A stretch of DNA of 36,091 nucleotides from Cyanophyceae cyanobacterium (GTDB taxonomy: Bacteria; Cyanobacteriota; Cyanobacteriia; Cyanobacteriales; Laspinemataceae): assembly GCA_038321985.1 (NCBI GenBank), contig JBBQFN010000047.1, forward strand, positions 1 to 36,091, given 5' to 3'. The position numbers were made by a program, and so were the translations under genes. Positions within the stretch are counted from its first letter, which is position 1, and the number at the start of each line of letters is the position of its first letter. Below the pieces are notes generated by a model, which saw nothing but the letters and a program-made list of their open reading frames with translations, was not told the origin of the DNA and made no database searches. This document shows positions 1 through 9,153 of the stretch, piece after piece.

Positions 1-1043
1 CCGAATTTAGGTAGCACATCATTGTCCAGAAAACTTGCTTTTGAGGTATAGGATTCTTCTGTTTCTTCAAACTGAATCCCATACTTTTTGCATAGTTGAG
101 CGATTCTATCTTTTAGTCTTGCAGTAGGGACAGATATAAACTTTTGATTTGTTTTCTTACCCATATTGGCTGAATCTTTTTGTCCAATATTCCAGCCAAA
201 CACGATTAAACCGATACCTTCGGTAAGGCAACGATTAACAACAATTCGGGCTGCTTTATTTACGGCATCCCTCATTTGTCGATTGCGCTTTTCGGTAATT
301 TGAGCAAGCGTTCTGGACCAGAACCCTTGAGGCTTGCCATCTTTCATTGTCGAAATTTGCTTGTTGTACCACTGGTTAAGTGCTTTCAACTCTTTGCCAT
401 CAACAATAAAACTATCACCGGAATTAGAAACACAAGTTAGCCAGTTATTCAACCCAGGGTCAATTCCTAGTGCTTTGTTAGGGTCTAACGCAATCTCAAA
501 AGTTTGAGCCAAATAAACAAACTCAGCATAGAACGTACCGTTTCTAGGAAGAATGCGAATCTCTTTAATAACCGGCCAGTCTAAATTTGTTGGCATTGGC
601 AAAAAGAATTCGCTAATACTAAACCATCTTTTAACCTGATTACCTAGAGGGAATCTAATCAGGCCATCTTTGAGTTTCAACCATTTTTTAGGGTAGGTAA
701 CTGTAAACAGACCCCCCGGTTTGCGATAGTTGGGCGCTTTTGGCTGATGATTTAGTTCACCTTTTCGACACTTAGCCTTTAGTTTTTTGAAAGACTTGAA
801 GGCTTCACCGACATTTATGCAAGTCTGCTGCATTGAAGATGCGTAGCCAGCCTTGAAATGAACATTGGTTTTCATCTCGGCTGTTAAGTCGAACCCAGTT
901 ACGATATGCCCAGTCTTAAAGTAAATCTGACGAGCGTAGTAAGTCGCACAGTTATAGAGGTTATTTGACTCAGTACAAAGATACTCAATTATTGCTTGAG
1001 TATCTTTGTCTGTCTTGATTACATTCTGCTGACAACCAAACAA
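1..1043 (-). CDS. tnpB: RNA-guided endonuclease TnpB (IS200/IS605 family), 3' end runs off the window; not in the supplied ORF track
   Basis: Manual translation from TTG at 1043 (GAGG upstream): MFGCQQNVIKTDKDTQAIIEYLCTESNNLYNCATYYARQIYF...KALGIDPGLNNWLTCVSN (RuvC-I)...LIVFGWNIGQK...TEESYTSKASFLDNDVLPKF; the N- and C-terminal segments are in the same frame. Confidence 0.92.
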   Translation of the reverse strand, partial: MFGCQQNVIKTDKDTQAIIEYLCTESNNLYNCATYYARQIYFKTGHIVTGFDLTAEMKTNVHFKAGYASSMQQTCINVGEAFKSFKKLKAKCRKGELNHQPKAPNYRKPGGLFTVTYPKKWLKLKDGLIRFPLGNQVKRWFSISEFFLPMPTNLDWPVIKEIRILPRNGTFYAEFVYLAQTFEIALDPNKALGIDPGLNNWLTCVSNSGDSFIVDGKELKALNQWYNKQISTMKDGKPQGFWSRTLAQITEKRNRQMRDAVNKAARIVVNRCLTEGIGLIVFGWNIGQKDSANMGKKTNQKFISVPTARLKDRIAQLCKKYGIQFEETEESYTSKASFLDNDVLPKF

Positions 1044-1127
1044 TTTCAACCTCTTCTTGTTTTTAGTTTTGTTGTTTGCTTTTGCCTAATGATACTCTAT
1101 AAGAGTAGAGTTTTGCAGAAAAATGCG

Positions 1128-1163
1128 ATAGAGCGCTACATTAACGACCCTCATCATGGTTAG
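1128..1163 (+). pseudogene. C-terminal remnant of IS200-type Y1 transposase TnpA
   Basis: Reads IERYINDPHHG-stop, resembling the C-terminal YI helix of TnpA; lies divergent from tnpB with no upstream body. Confidence 0.55.
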
Positions 1164-1370
1164 ACTACAGTGTAGGCGGTTAAAACCGCTCGTGTGGGCT
1201 TTCCACATAGCCTCTAAAGAGCGCGAGGCTACCAGCCCTACCGTGTTTCTCTTGTGTATGGGATTCTGGTCCTTTGGCGATCATCAGGGAGTAAAAAATC
1301 TCGGGACTGAGTAAAAAAACACCACCGAGTCCCGGAACGAGTCAGAATAAATAAAACCCTGGCAACTTCC

Positions 1371-1398
1371 TACTCAGTTAAATTTACTCAGTTAAATT
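1371..1398 (+). repeat. Perfect 14-bp tandem duplication immediately before the yidD ATG
   Basis: TACTCAGTTAAATT at 1371-1384 and 1385-1398. Confidence 0.9.
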
Positions 1399-1632
1399 AT
1401 GAAATGGCTGATGATTCGGTTAATTCGAGGATACCGACTGCTAATTTCTCCCTTATTTCCGCCGACTTGTCGATTCCAGCCGACTTGTTCCCAATATGCA
1501 CTAGAGGCGATCGACCGTTTTGGATCTAGGCGAGGAGGATGGATGGCGTTACGTCGCCTGTTGCGCTGTCACCCTTTACATCCGGGAGGATATGACCCTG
1601 TACCCGAGATTTCCGAAAAAACGACCGAATAA
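1399..1632 (+). CDS. yidD: Membrane protein insertion efficiency factor YidD
   Basis: [21 protein letters not shown]...[15 protein letters not shown] signature. Confidence 0.95.
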   Translation: MKWLMIRLIRGYRLLISPLFPPTCRFQPTCSQYALEAIDRFGSRRGGWMALRRLLRCHPLHPGGYDPVPEISEKTTE

Positions 1633-1662
1633 GTGCGATCGCCCCAAATAGGAAAACCGTGG

Positions 1663-1698
1663 GGTGCGTCAGATCATCAATTGATGATCTGACGCACC
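1663..1698. repeat. Perfect 36-bp palindrome, REP-like, between convergent genes
   Basis: GGTGCGTCAGATCATCAA|TTGATGATCTGACGCACC with no spacer, preceded by GTGG. Confidence 0.85.
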
Positions 1699-1799
1699 TA
1701 AGAATTTAAGAAACGACTGGAGTCGGGACAACGAACCATCAGAAATGACCGTAGGGATGGGAAATTTCGTGGGTTGACTGGACTGGCGCTTATACTGCA

Positions 1800-2000
1800 T
1801 TAATCCATCATCCGCAATCTGCCGCGTTTAGTGCTGTAGATCAGCCGATTGATAATATCGCGATGTTCCTCACTTAGAGAGGTGCGTAAGATGGCACTCC
1901 GGAGACGATAGCGATCGGTGCGCGTCATCTGGCCGGAAAACAAGATATCACCAAATAATTCTTCCAGCCCTTTTGAGCGTTTGTTATCGAAATTTTTCAT
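1800..2000 (-). CDS. Small conserved cyanobacterial hypothetical protein (66 aa)
   Basis: ATG start; pattern SGQMTRTDRYRL..AIL...LSEE....INRLIY..KRGRL resembles a recurrent small cyanobacterial family of unknown function. Confidence 0.65.
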   Translation of the reverse strand: MKNFDNKRSKGLEELFGDILFSGQMTRTDRYRLRSAILRTSLSEEHRDIINRLIYSTKRGRLRMMD

Positions 2001-2280
2001 AAAAGGTAAAGATTGTTAGTAAATAATTCTTTCAAGTTTGACGGCAAGATGGCGATTTGGCTGCGATCGCCTTCATCCCCGAGTTGCGATCGCCATCATA
2101 CTTCAGCGCGATCGCGATCGCTGACAAAATAGGTTCCAGCAATAATGCAGGCGATCGTCCCTACCGCCTTCTGCACCTAACGCGCTCAACTTTAATAAAT
2201 TTTAAGGGAAGTATTTAATACAAAAAAGCCCAATCCAGATAGTATGATTGGGCCATCAAATTAACGTTGTTACTACGAAC

Positions 2281-2583
2281 TTAAACATCATAAATCAGAG
2301 ATTCAGAAGCGCCTGGATGTTCCAAACAATAGCGTTCAAAAGCTGTTTTGGGTTCCTTAGCTCTTCTTTTGGCAGCTACCCTGAGAAGTTCCTCGACAAT
2401 ATCCCAAGCTACTGCACTTTCTGGAGATTCAATTCCTTTTGTCCCTGCGATCGCCCGGGCTTCATCCCTTGCCATTTCAATGCGTAGGGTTAGGGGAATA
2501 AAGCGGCCTTGATTTTCCTCAGAATTCTCCCCTTGATTCCCACTATTAGCGAAGGGTTGGGGTTTAGTTAAAACTTGAGCCAT
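2281..2583 (-). CDS. cp12: CP12-family protein, cysteine-depleted variant
   Basis: AWDIVEEL core motif and FERYCLEHPGASESLIYDV C-terminus; GAGG upstream of ATG. Confidence 0.88.
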   Translation of the reverse strand: MAQVLTKPQPFANSGNQGENSEENQGRFIPLTLRIEMARDEARAIAGTKGIESPESAVAWDIVEELLRVAAKRRAKEPKTAFERYCLEHPGASESLIYDV

Positions 2584-2845
2584 AACGGATTACCTCATCC
2601 AAAAATTAATCAGTTTCCCAAGCATCCGACGGGAGTGGATTCTCGGTGCAAACCTCATACTTGTATTTTAGCTTGACTACCCTACCTTGGGGGTGTAAAT
2701 AACCGTAACGCTTTGTTGCAAAAAGTATCAAAACCTAGAAAACCACACCCGGAGAGCATTTCCCGGGGATTGGCCCAAATTTATCCTTCCAAAATATTAA
2801 AATAGATTAAAATAGAATCAGGAAATATAAAGAACCGTTGCTTTT

Positions 2846-4324
2846 ATGATACTTGCTGACTCGGCTCAAACTCCAGAACGTACTAATCCCTTTTTGTCAC
2901 TCAATTTTGAAACTGCCTTAGAAACCTTGGGGAATGACTACTATGATATTGTCCCTGCTGCCGAATTTCCTCACCATCTTCTCCGCTTTCGTAATGATGA
3001 ATTATTACCAAAATTAGGATTAGAACCCCAGGCTGTAACCGATGAAGATTTTATCGAAGCCTTTGGTTATTTTCAAGGGGTGCGACCCTTTTTAGCCCTG
3101 CGCTATCATGGCTATCAATTTGGAGAATATAACCCCAATTTAGGGGATGGACGGGGCTTTATTTATGCTCAAGTTCGCGGAACCGATGGCAGACTCTACG
3201 ACTTCGGCACCAAGGGCAGTGGTACAACCCCTTATTCCCGTCATGCTGATGGACGGTTAACCCTAAAAGGAGGGGTCAGAGAAGTATTAGCCGCCGAAAT
3301 GTTGCACCGGATGGGAGTCCGAACTTCCCGCTGTTTGAGCTTAATTGAAACCGGCGAACAATTGTGGCGAGGAGACGAACCCTCACCTACGCGATCGTCT
3401 GTCATGATCCGCTTTAGCGAATCTCATATCCGATTTGGTACCTTTGAACGGTTGCACTATTTAGGGCGAAAAGATTTAATCGAAAAACTGTTAGATTGGG
3501 TAATAGAAAACTATTATCCGACTATCAACGATGCCCTGCCACCCTTGGTCCCGAACGAGAAGGGAGACAAGAAAGAAAAATACGCTCGATTTTATCAAGA
3601 ACTGGTGCAACGGGTGGCTACATTAACGGCACAGTGGATGGCAGCCGGATTTTGTCATGCGGTGTTAAATACAGACAATATGTCTATTGCGGGGGAAAGT
3701 TTCGATTATGGACCTTTTGCCTTTATTCCCACCTACAACTTAAAGTTTACAGCGGCCTACTTTGATTATTATGGTCGCTACAGTTACGGCAATCAACCCG
3801 CCATCTGTCGCTGGAACCTGCAAATGTTGCAAGTTCCGTTAAGAGCGGTTATGGATGAGGCAGACATGGAATCAGCATTAGAAGAATATTACGACCATTA
3901 TAATCGAGAATATCGCAGGCTGATGCTGAGTAAGTTAGGATTTGGGGAAGAAGTCCCATTCGAGGCAGCAACAGAATTAGTGCAGTTAACCCTGCAACTG
4001 TTGGCTGAGACTCAGGTAGGGTATGGGGAGTTTTTTGGGCAACTGAGACAGCAGTTTTCTCCGGAGTGGCGGGAAAAAAGCACCTCTATTTTCAGCCCCC
4101 TGGAAACCTCCTCGGAACTGTTCGAGTCCTGGCAAAAATCCTACTATCATTTATTGCAGTTTGTGGCAACCTCAGATTTAGACCAAATGCGCGAACGGAT
4201 GGCAAAATATAATCCAGAAACGGTGCTCCTCCGACCCGAAATTGAGGCAATTTGGGAAGCGATTGCCCAGGAGGATAATTGGCAGCCGTTTTATGACTTG
4301 TTAAAGCGGATCAAAATGGGGTAA
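2846..4324 (+). CDS. selO: Protein adenylyltransferase SelO/YdiU family
   Basis: YHGYQFG...[38 protein letters not shown] motifs. Confidence 0.93.
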   Translation: MILADSAQTPERTNPFLSLNFETALETLGNDYYDIVPAAEFPHHLLRFRNDELLPKLGLEPQAVTDEDFIEAFGYFQGVRPFLALRYHGYQFGEYNPNLGDGRGFIYAQVRGTDGRLYDFGTKGSGTTPYSRHADGRLTLKGGVREVLAAEMLHRMGVRTSRCLSLIETGEQLWRGDEPSPTRSSVMIRFSESHIRFGTFERLHYLGRKDLIEKLLDWVIENYYPTINDALPPLVPNEKGDKKEKYARFYQELVQRVATLTAQWMAAGFCHAVLNTDNMSIAGESFDYGPFAFIPTYNLKFTAAYFDYYGRYSYGNQPAICRWNLQMLQVPLRAVMDEADMESALEEYYDHYNREYRRLMLSKLGFGEEVPFEAATELVQLTLQLLAETQVGYGEFFGQLRQQFSPEWREKSTSIFSPLETSSELFESWQKSYYHLLQFVATSDLDQMRERMAKYNPETVLLRPEIEAIWEAIAQEDNWQPFYDLLKRIKMG

Positions 4325-4451
4325 TATAGCCAGCCTAAATTATCCTCATAATACAATTAAGGAGGGGGAAAATCTTGCTCTCTAAGGTTGATCGGGAGCA
4401 AGATGCTCCCACTCCTTTAAAATATTATCTAATTCATTTAAACTGGCAATA
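4325..4451. mobile_element. MITE-like element (~127 bp) with imperfect terminal inverted repeats and an internal ATCTTGCTC/GAGCAAGAT inverted repeat
   Basis: Left end TATAGCCAGCCTAAAT; reverse complement of right end TATTGCCAGTTTAAAT; begins directly after the selO stop. Confidence 0.6.
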
Positions 4452-4509
4452 TTCGATTGAAGTTGTCTGCTTGCGGGTCAGGTACACTAGATTGATCCCC
4501 TGATTATTA

Positions 4510-5208
4510 TTGACCCTGAAAAATATGAGTGATCGCCCTGTAACCACCGTAGTTCTAGCCATGAGTGCCGATGGCAAAATCTCCGACTCCCTGCGATCGC
4601 CCCTCCTCTTCGGTTCTCCCGCCGATAAAACCCATTTAGAACAACAAGTCGCCGCTGCGGATGCCGTAATCACCGGTGCCGGAACCTTCCGCGTCAAAGG
4701 CACCGCCATGCGAATTCTGAATCCTGACTTAATGACACAGCGAGAAACAGAAGGAAAACCCCCGCAACCTGTCCAAATCGTCGCCTCTGCCAGTGGCAAC
4801 CTTGATCGCAATATCCCTTTCTTCCAACAACCAATCCCGCGCTGGTTACTCACCACTCCCACAGGTGCCGAACCTTGGCATAACCATTCCGGTTTCGATA
4901 AAATTCTAGTCAGCCAAACCCCCTCCGGTAGCGTAGACTGGCACGATGCCTTCCAACAACTCGCCACCCTAGGCATTCAAAAATTAGCCATCCTCGGAGG
5001 AGGAAACCTAGTCGCCTCTTTACTCGCCGAGGACCTCATCGATGAACTCTGGCTCACCATCTGCCCCCTCCTCATCGGTGGCAGCGCCGCCCCCACCCCC
5101 GTAGATGGCAGTGGATTTTCCACTCAAACCGCACCGCGCCTCGAACTCTTAGCCGTCAAACCCATCGACGCAGAGGTATTCTTGCACTACCGCCTCCGCA
5201 GACAGTAA
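4510..5208 (+). CDS. RibD C-terminal domain (DHFR-like) reductase family protein; start may be ATG at 4525
   Basis: VLAMSADGKIS, ADAVITGAGT, ILGGGNLVASLLAEDLIDELWLTICPLLIGG. Confidence 0.88.
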   Translation: MTLKNMSDRPVTTVVLAMSADGKISDSLRSPLLFGSPADKTHLEQQVAAADAVITGAGTFRVKGTAMRILNPDLMTQRETEGKPPQPVQIVASASGNLDRNIPFFQQPIPRWLLTTPTGAEPWHNHSGFDKILVSQTPSGSVDWHDAFQQLATLGIQKLAILGGGNLVASLLAEDLIDELWLTICPLLIGGSAAPTPVDGSGFSTQTAPRLELLAVKPIDAEVFLHYRLRRQ

Positions 5209-5223
5209 AAACCCACCTCCCCC

Positions 5224-5272
5224 GTTCGTAGTAACGACTTTAGTCGTTCTCTTTTGTTCGTAGTAACGACTT
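5224..5272 (+). repeat. Two 17-bp direct repeats of a GTAG-type REP-like unit
   Basis: GTTCGTAGTAACGACTT at 5224-5240 and 5256-5272; the first copy completes the palindrome AACGACT-TT-AGTCGTT. Confidence 0.75.
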
Positions 5273-5361
5273 GCTTTCGTTCCCCCCACCCATCCAAAGT
5301 CCCTCCCACAACATCCCAAGAATCGATTACCCTAGGTAAATGAACGCTCTACCCTCAACGG

Positions 5362-6564
5362 TTGGTAATGGTGGAACAGCTTAAGCCTCAAATTTCTGTT
5401 GCCTGGATCGACAACATTGCCGAAGTCCCCCAGACAGCGTGGGATGCTCTCGCCATCCCCCTGCAAACCCCTTTTTTTGAATGGAACTGGTTGCACAATA
5501 TGGAAGCCTCCGGCAGTGCAACTGCCAAAACCGGATGGTTGCCGAATCATTTAACGGTGTGGCGACAGGGGGAACTCATCGGCGCGGCACCGATGTATTT
5601 AAAAGGACATTCTCGGGGCGAATTTGTATTCGATCACCAATGGGCGGATTTAGCCTATCGCCTGGGTGTGGAATATTATCCCAAATTGTTGGGGATGAGT
5701 CCAGTTACGCCGGTAACGGGATATCGGTTTTTGATTGCACCGGGAGAAGATGAGGAAGAAATTACAGGAATCATGATTCATGCGATCGATGAATTTTGTA
5801 ATCGCCACAATATTTCCTCCTGTAATTTCCTGTATGTCGATCCAGAGTGGCGATCGCAGATGGAACGACTCGGTTATACTCCCTGGCTGCATCACAGTTA
5901 TATTTGGCAGAATACCGGATTTAATACTTTTGATGATTATTTAGCCGTCTTCAATGCCAATCAGCGCCGCAACATCAAACGGGAACGCAAAGCAGTAGCT
6001 ACAGCCGGGATTGAAGTCAAGGCATTACATGGGGATGATATCCCCCATACTTTGTTACTGCGGATGTATCAATTTTATAGTGACCATTGCGATCGCTTTG
6101 GCTGGTGGGGGAGTAAATATTTAACGAAGCAGTTTTTTGAACAACTGTATCACAACTTTCGCAGTCGGGTTTTATTAATTGCTGCCTATCCCGAAGGAAA
6201 TGATATCCGTCATCCCATCGCCATGTCCTTTTGCCTCACCAAAGGCGAACAACTCTATGGACGATATTGGGGGTGTAATTATGATATTGACTCCCTCCAT
6301 TTCGAGGCTTGCTATTACAAACCCATCGAATGGGGAATCGAACATGGGATTCAATCCTTCGACCCCGGTGCCGGAGGACAACACAAAAAACGTAGAGGCT
6401 TTCCAGCAACTCCCAATCACAGTTTACATCGGTTTTATAATGAGCGTTTGGGTCAAATTCTCCGTCCTTATTTGAAAGAAGTCAATCTGATGGAAGCCCA
6501 GCAAATTGATGCCATTAATGAGGGGTTACCGTTTAAAGAATCTATGCCAGAATTGAAGATGTGA
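5362..6564 (+). CDS. GNAT-fold FemAB-related protein (DUF482 type); start may be ATG at 5368
   Basis: PMYLKGHSRGEFVFDHQWA, LYGRYWG, LHFEACYY, FDPGAGGQHKKRRGF motifs. Confidence 0.88.
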   Translation: MVMVEQLKPQISVAWIDNIAEVPQTAWDALAIPLQTPFFEWNWLHNMEASGSATAKTGWLPNHLTVWRQGELIGAAPMYLKGHSRGEFVFDHQWADLAYRLGVEYYPKLLGMSPVTPVTGYRFLIAPGEDEEEITGIMIHAIDEFCNRHNISSCNFLYVDPEWRSQMERLGYTPWLHHSYIWQNTGFNTFDDYLAVFNANQRRNIKRERKAVATAGIEVKALHGDDIPHTLLLRMYQFYSDHCDRFGWWGSKYLTKQFFEQLYHNFRSRVLLIAAYPEGNDIRHPIAMSFCLTKGEQLYGRYWGCNYDIDSLHFEACYYKPIEWGIEHGIQSFDPGAGGQHKKRRGFPATPNHSLHRFYNERLGQILRPYLKEVNLMEAQQIDAINEGLPFKESMPELKM

Positions 6565-6572
6565 CATTTAGC

Positions 6573-6592
6573 CGCCCGGTTTAAACCGGGCG
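6573..6592. terminator. Perfect 20-bp GC-rich palindrome between convergent genes
   Basis: CGCCCGGTTT|AAACCGGGCG. Confidence 0.55.
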
Positions 6593-6610
6593 CTCTAGGA
6601 AAAGTTATTT

Positions 6611-7444
6611 TTACTGCTGCTTTAGTTTTTGGACTTCCTCAAGACTCAATCCAGTAGTTTGCGAGATCGCCTCTTCATCTAATAAGTTCAGCAACCGTTT
6701 CGCAATTTCTCGCTCCTGGGCCTTCACTGCTGTTGACACGCCTTTTAAAATCGCGTTTCGGTGGTCGTAGATAAAAAATTCTTGATGTTCTAATTCTTCT
6801 AATTCTTCCCGACTCAGATTCCCTTGATTGGCGAGGGCAAAGGCTTGCTCAATTTCTGGGACGGCGCTCATGGTTTCGGGAACGGTTTGTAAAGTCCAGC
6901 CACTTTTCATAAAATAGATCCACTTATCCGTTATCGTCTCTAACTCTTCCAGTTCTTTTGTGAATTTGGGTAACTCGACAAACACTAATTCTAAATCATA
7001 ACTCAAATAATCGACCAAATAATCTTTCTCTTTCAAAACGAAGCGAGAAATCACCGGGTCAAATTCTGTAAACATTGGAAAATCGACAATGGTCAACGCA
7101 ATCACCGGATTTAATAAGGTGTAATCTTCTCCGGCCTGTAGTTGAATAGAATAGGATTTAGCGGCGTTATAGAGGATGCGCTTTTCAAAACCCGCTACAT
7201 TCAACACTTGCATTTCAACAATCGCAGTTTTGTTTCCGGTGATTTTGGCTTTGATATCTAAGTAGGTTTCTTTGACTCCTCGAATACGGGGAGCTAAATA
7301 GGGGTTGAGAATTTCTAAATCTTCTATAACGGCCTGGCTGTCATAGAGCATGGCATTTAAAAAACTGATTAAAATACCTTTGCTCTGTTCGGAACCAAAG
7401 ATTTTCTTAAAGGCGATATCGGTCTTGGGATTAATAAATCTCAT
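6611..7444 (-). CDS. Rpn family / PD-(D/E)XK nuclease-like protein
   Basis: FINPKTDIAFKKIFG, LDIKA...IVEMQV, KRILYN, VFVELPKF, and C-terminal IAKRLL...ISQTTGLSLEEV; GAGG RBS. Confidence 0.9.
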   Translation of the reverse strand: MRFINPKTDIAFKKIFGSEQSKGILISFLNAMLYDSQAVIEDLEILNPYLAPRIRGVKETYLDIKAKITGNKTAIVEMQVLNVAGFEKRILYNAAKSYSIQLQAGEDYTLLNPVIALTIVDFPMFTEFDPVISRFVLKEKDYLVDYLSYDLELVFVELPKFTKELEELETITDKWIYFMKSGWTLQTVPETMSAVPEIEQAFALANQGNLSREELEELEHQEFFIYDHRNAILKGVSTAVKAQEREIAKRLLNLLDEEAISQTTGLSLEEVQKLKQQ

Positions 7445-7534
7445 CGATTTGCCTCCTCAATTAGGTTAGGATTTTACCCAATTTTATCGAAATCATAGAA
7501 AAAGCGATCGCTGTCCTAATTATATTCAAAAAAT

Positions 7535-7579
7535 AACCGAATGTAGGCGCGAGAAAGCAAATCGCGCCTACATTCGGTT
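7535..7579. repeat. 18-bp perfect inverted repeat with 9-nt loop (REP-like or terminator downstream of alr)
   Basis: AACCGAATGTAGGCGCGA-gaaagcaaa-TCGCGCCTACATTCGGTT. Confidence 0.8.
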
Positions 7580-7681
7580 GAAACCTGATTAAAAACGTTA
7601 CCCAATAAGACTTTCAGTCGGTTTCAACCGACTTAAGCTGTTAGGCCGCCAATCGATTGATCCCCCGCCGGATGTTGCCAC

Positions 7682-8875
7682 TTACGACGTGGCGGCTTGT
7701 TCCCAACATTCCAAGGTTTGACCCACGGAGATTCGAGGTAAGCGATGTTTGAAACCGCACAAAATCTCCCAGGAAATGGTTCCTAATTTATCCGCCCAAT
7801 CATCTGCTGTGATTTCATGGTTGCCATCTCGTCCTAACAAGGTGACGACTTCGCCAAGTTCCAAGTCCGGGATGTTGCTCACATCTAACATTATTTGATC
7901 CATTGTAATTGCCCCAATTTGCCTCACTTGCTGTCCCCGGATGAGGACTTGCATTTGGTTGGAGAGGTTGCGGGGTACGCCGTCGGCATAGCCAATCCCG
8001 ACGGCGGCGATTTTCATGTCGCTGTCGGCGATAAACCGATGGCCGTAACTGACGCCAGTTCCGGCTGCGATCGCCTTTATGTGAGTGACTCGGGCTTTGA
8101 CTTGGAGTGCTGGTTGTAATGTCAGGCGCGATCGCAGATGCGGTGCCGGATATAATCCGTATATCCCTAATCCCACTCGCACCATATCATAATGCAACTG
8201 GCGATCGCTTAAGGTTGCCGCCGAATTGGCAAAGTGCAAGCGCGGTAATGCGATTCCCGTTTCCTGAACTTGCCGAATCGCACATTGGAAGCGCTGATGT
8301 TGCAGTTGCATCACCGTGGGGTCTTCACTATCCGCTGTGGCTAAATGGGAATAAATACTAGAGAGTTCTAAATGAGGCAGGCGATCGACTAATGTCACGA
8401 ACTCAGCAGCCTCTTGCCAGGGTGCGCCCAACCGTGACATCCCGGTATCAATTTTCACATGAACCGGCACGGAATAAGCATGGTCACTCAGGGTTTCAGA
8501 AAAAACAAACGCTTGTTTGGGGGTACAAAGAGTGGGTTCCAACCGCCATCGCACCATTGCCCGGATTTGGTCCGGGGTGTAGGTGGCCCCTAAAACTTGC
8601 ACGGGGGCGGTAATTCCCGCTTCCCGGAGTTCGATGCCTTCGGGAATGGTGGCAACGCCCAACCATTTCGCCCCTGCCTGTAATACCGTCTGGGCAACGG
8701 TGACGGCCCCATGTCCATAAGCATCAGCTTTGATGACTGCCATCAGGTCAGTTTTTGGGGATAACAGACGCTGGATTTCGCGGACATTCTCGGCGATCGC
8801 CCCGATATCCACCTCCACCCAGGCGCGATCGCATCGCATCGATGAAATACTCTGACTTTCCTCCCAACTCAGCAT
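7682..8875 (-). CDS. alr: Alanine racemase
   Basis: AVIKADAYGHGA (PLP lysine), VHVKIDTGMSRLG, GYADG, ITMDQ. Confidence 0.97.
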   Translation of the reverse strand: MLSWEESQSISSMRCDRAWVEVDIGAIAENVREIQRLLSPKTDLMAVIKADAYGHGAVTVAQTVLQAGAKWLGVATIPEGIELREAGITAPVQVLGATYTPDQIRAMVRWRLEPTLCTPKQAFVFSETLSDHAYSVPVHVKIDTGMSRLGAPWQEAAEFVTLVDRLPHLELSSIYSHLATADSEDPTVMQLQHQRFQCAIRQVQETGIALPRLHFANSAATLSDRQLHYDMVRVGLGIYGLYPAPHLRSRLTLQPALQVKARVTHIKAIAAGTGVSYGHRFIADSDMKIAAVGIGYADGVPRNLSNQMQVLIRGQQVRQIGAITMDQIMLDVSNIPDLELGEVVTLLGRDGNHEITADDWADKLGTISWEILCGFKHRLPRISVGQTLECWEQAATS

Positions 8876-9153
8876 TTCTACGCACTCCTCAAGTCACTCA
8901 CACCACAATTGAACTATAAATCGAACCCTGACTCCGGAGATTTCCCCAAACTTCAACCGAATTTAGATTTGCAATCGAGTATTTAGAATAAAAACAGGGC
9001 AAGCGATCGATCAGGTAATCTGAATCGGGTGATTTTTGGCAAAATCCACAGAATGAAACATTAAGCCTTCCAGAACTCGGTTCTAGGCGCTTAATTTTTC
9101 CCAGTCCTTAACTGACCACTTCCCAGCCTGACCTGTCAATTCCAGAAGAGAAG

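Larger units (their letters stand above)
1..1243 (-). mobile_element. Non-autonomous IS200/IS605-family element (tnpB, divergent tnpA remnant, left-end hairpins); boundary near 1243 is approximate
   Basis: tnpB on minus strand; tnpA-like C-terminal stub at 1128-1163; hairpins GCGGTT-AA-AACCGC (1176-1189) and TAGCCTC...GAGGCTA (1208-1231); no HIP1 seen in the segment. Confidence 0.75.

Noticed and set aside
4434..4976. 180-aa minus-strand ORF, and similar antisense ORFs at 9364-9828, 11491-11868, 21325-21756, 24813-25166 and 30658-30981
   Set aside because: Shadow frames of well-supported genes or remnants on the opposite strand, without recognisable motifs
5224..5272. Possible mini CRISPR array
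   Set aside because: Only two 17-bp repeats with a 15-nt gap; matches a REP-like palindrome instead
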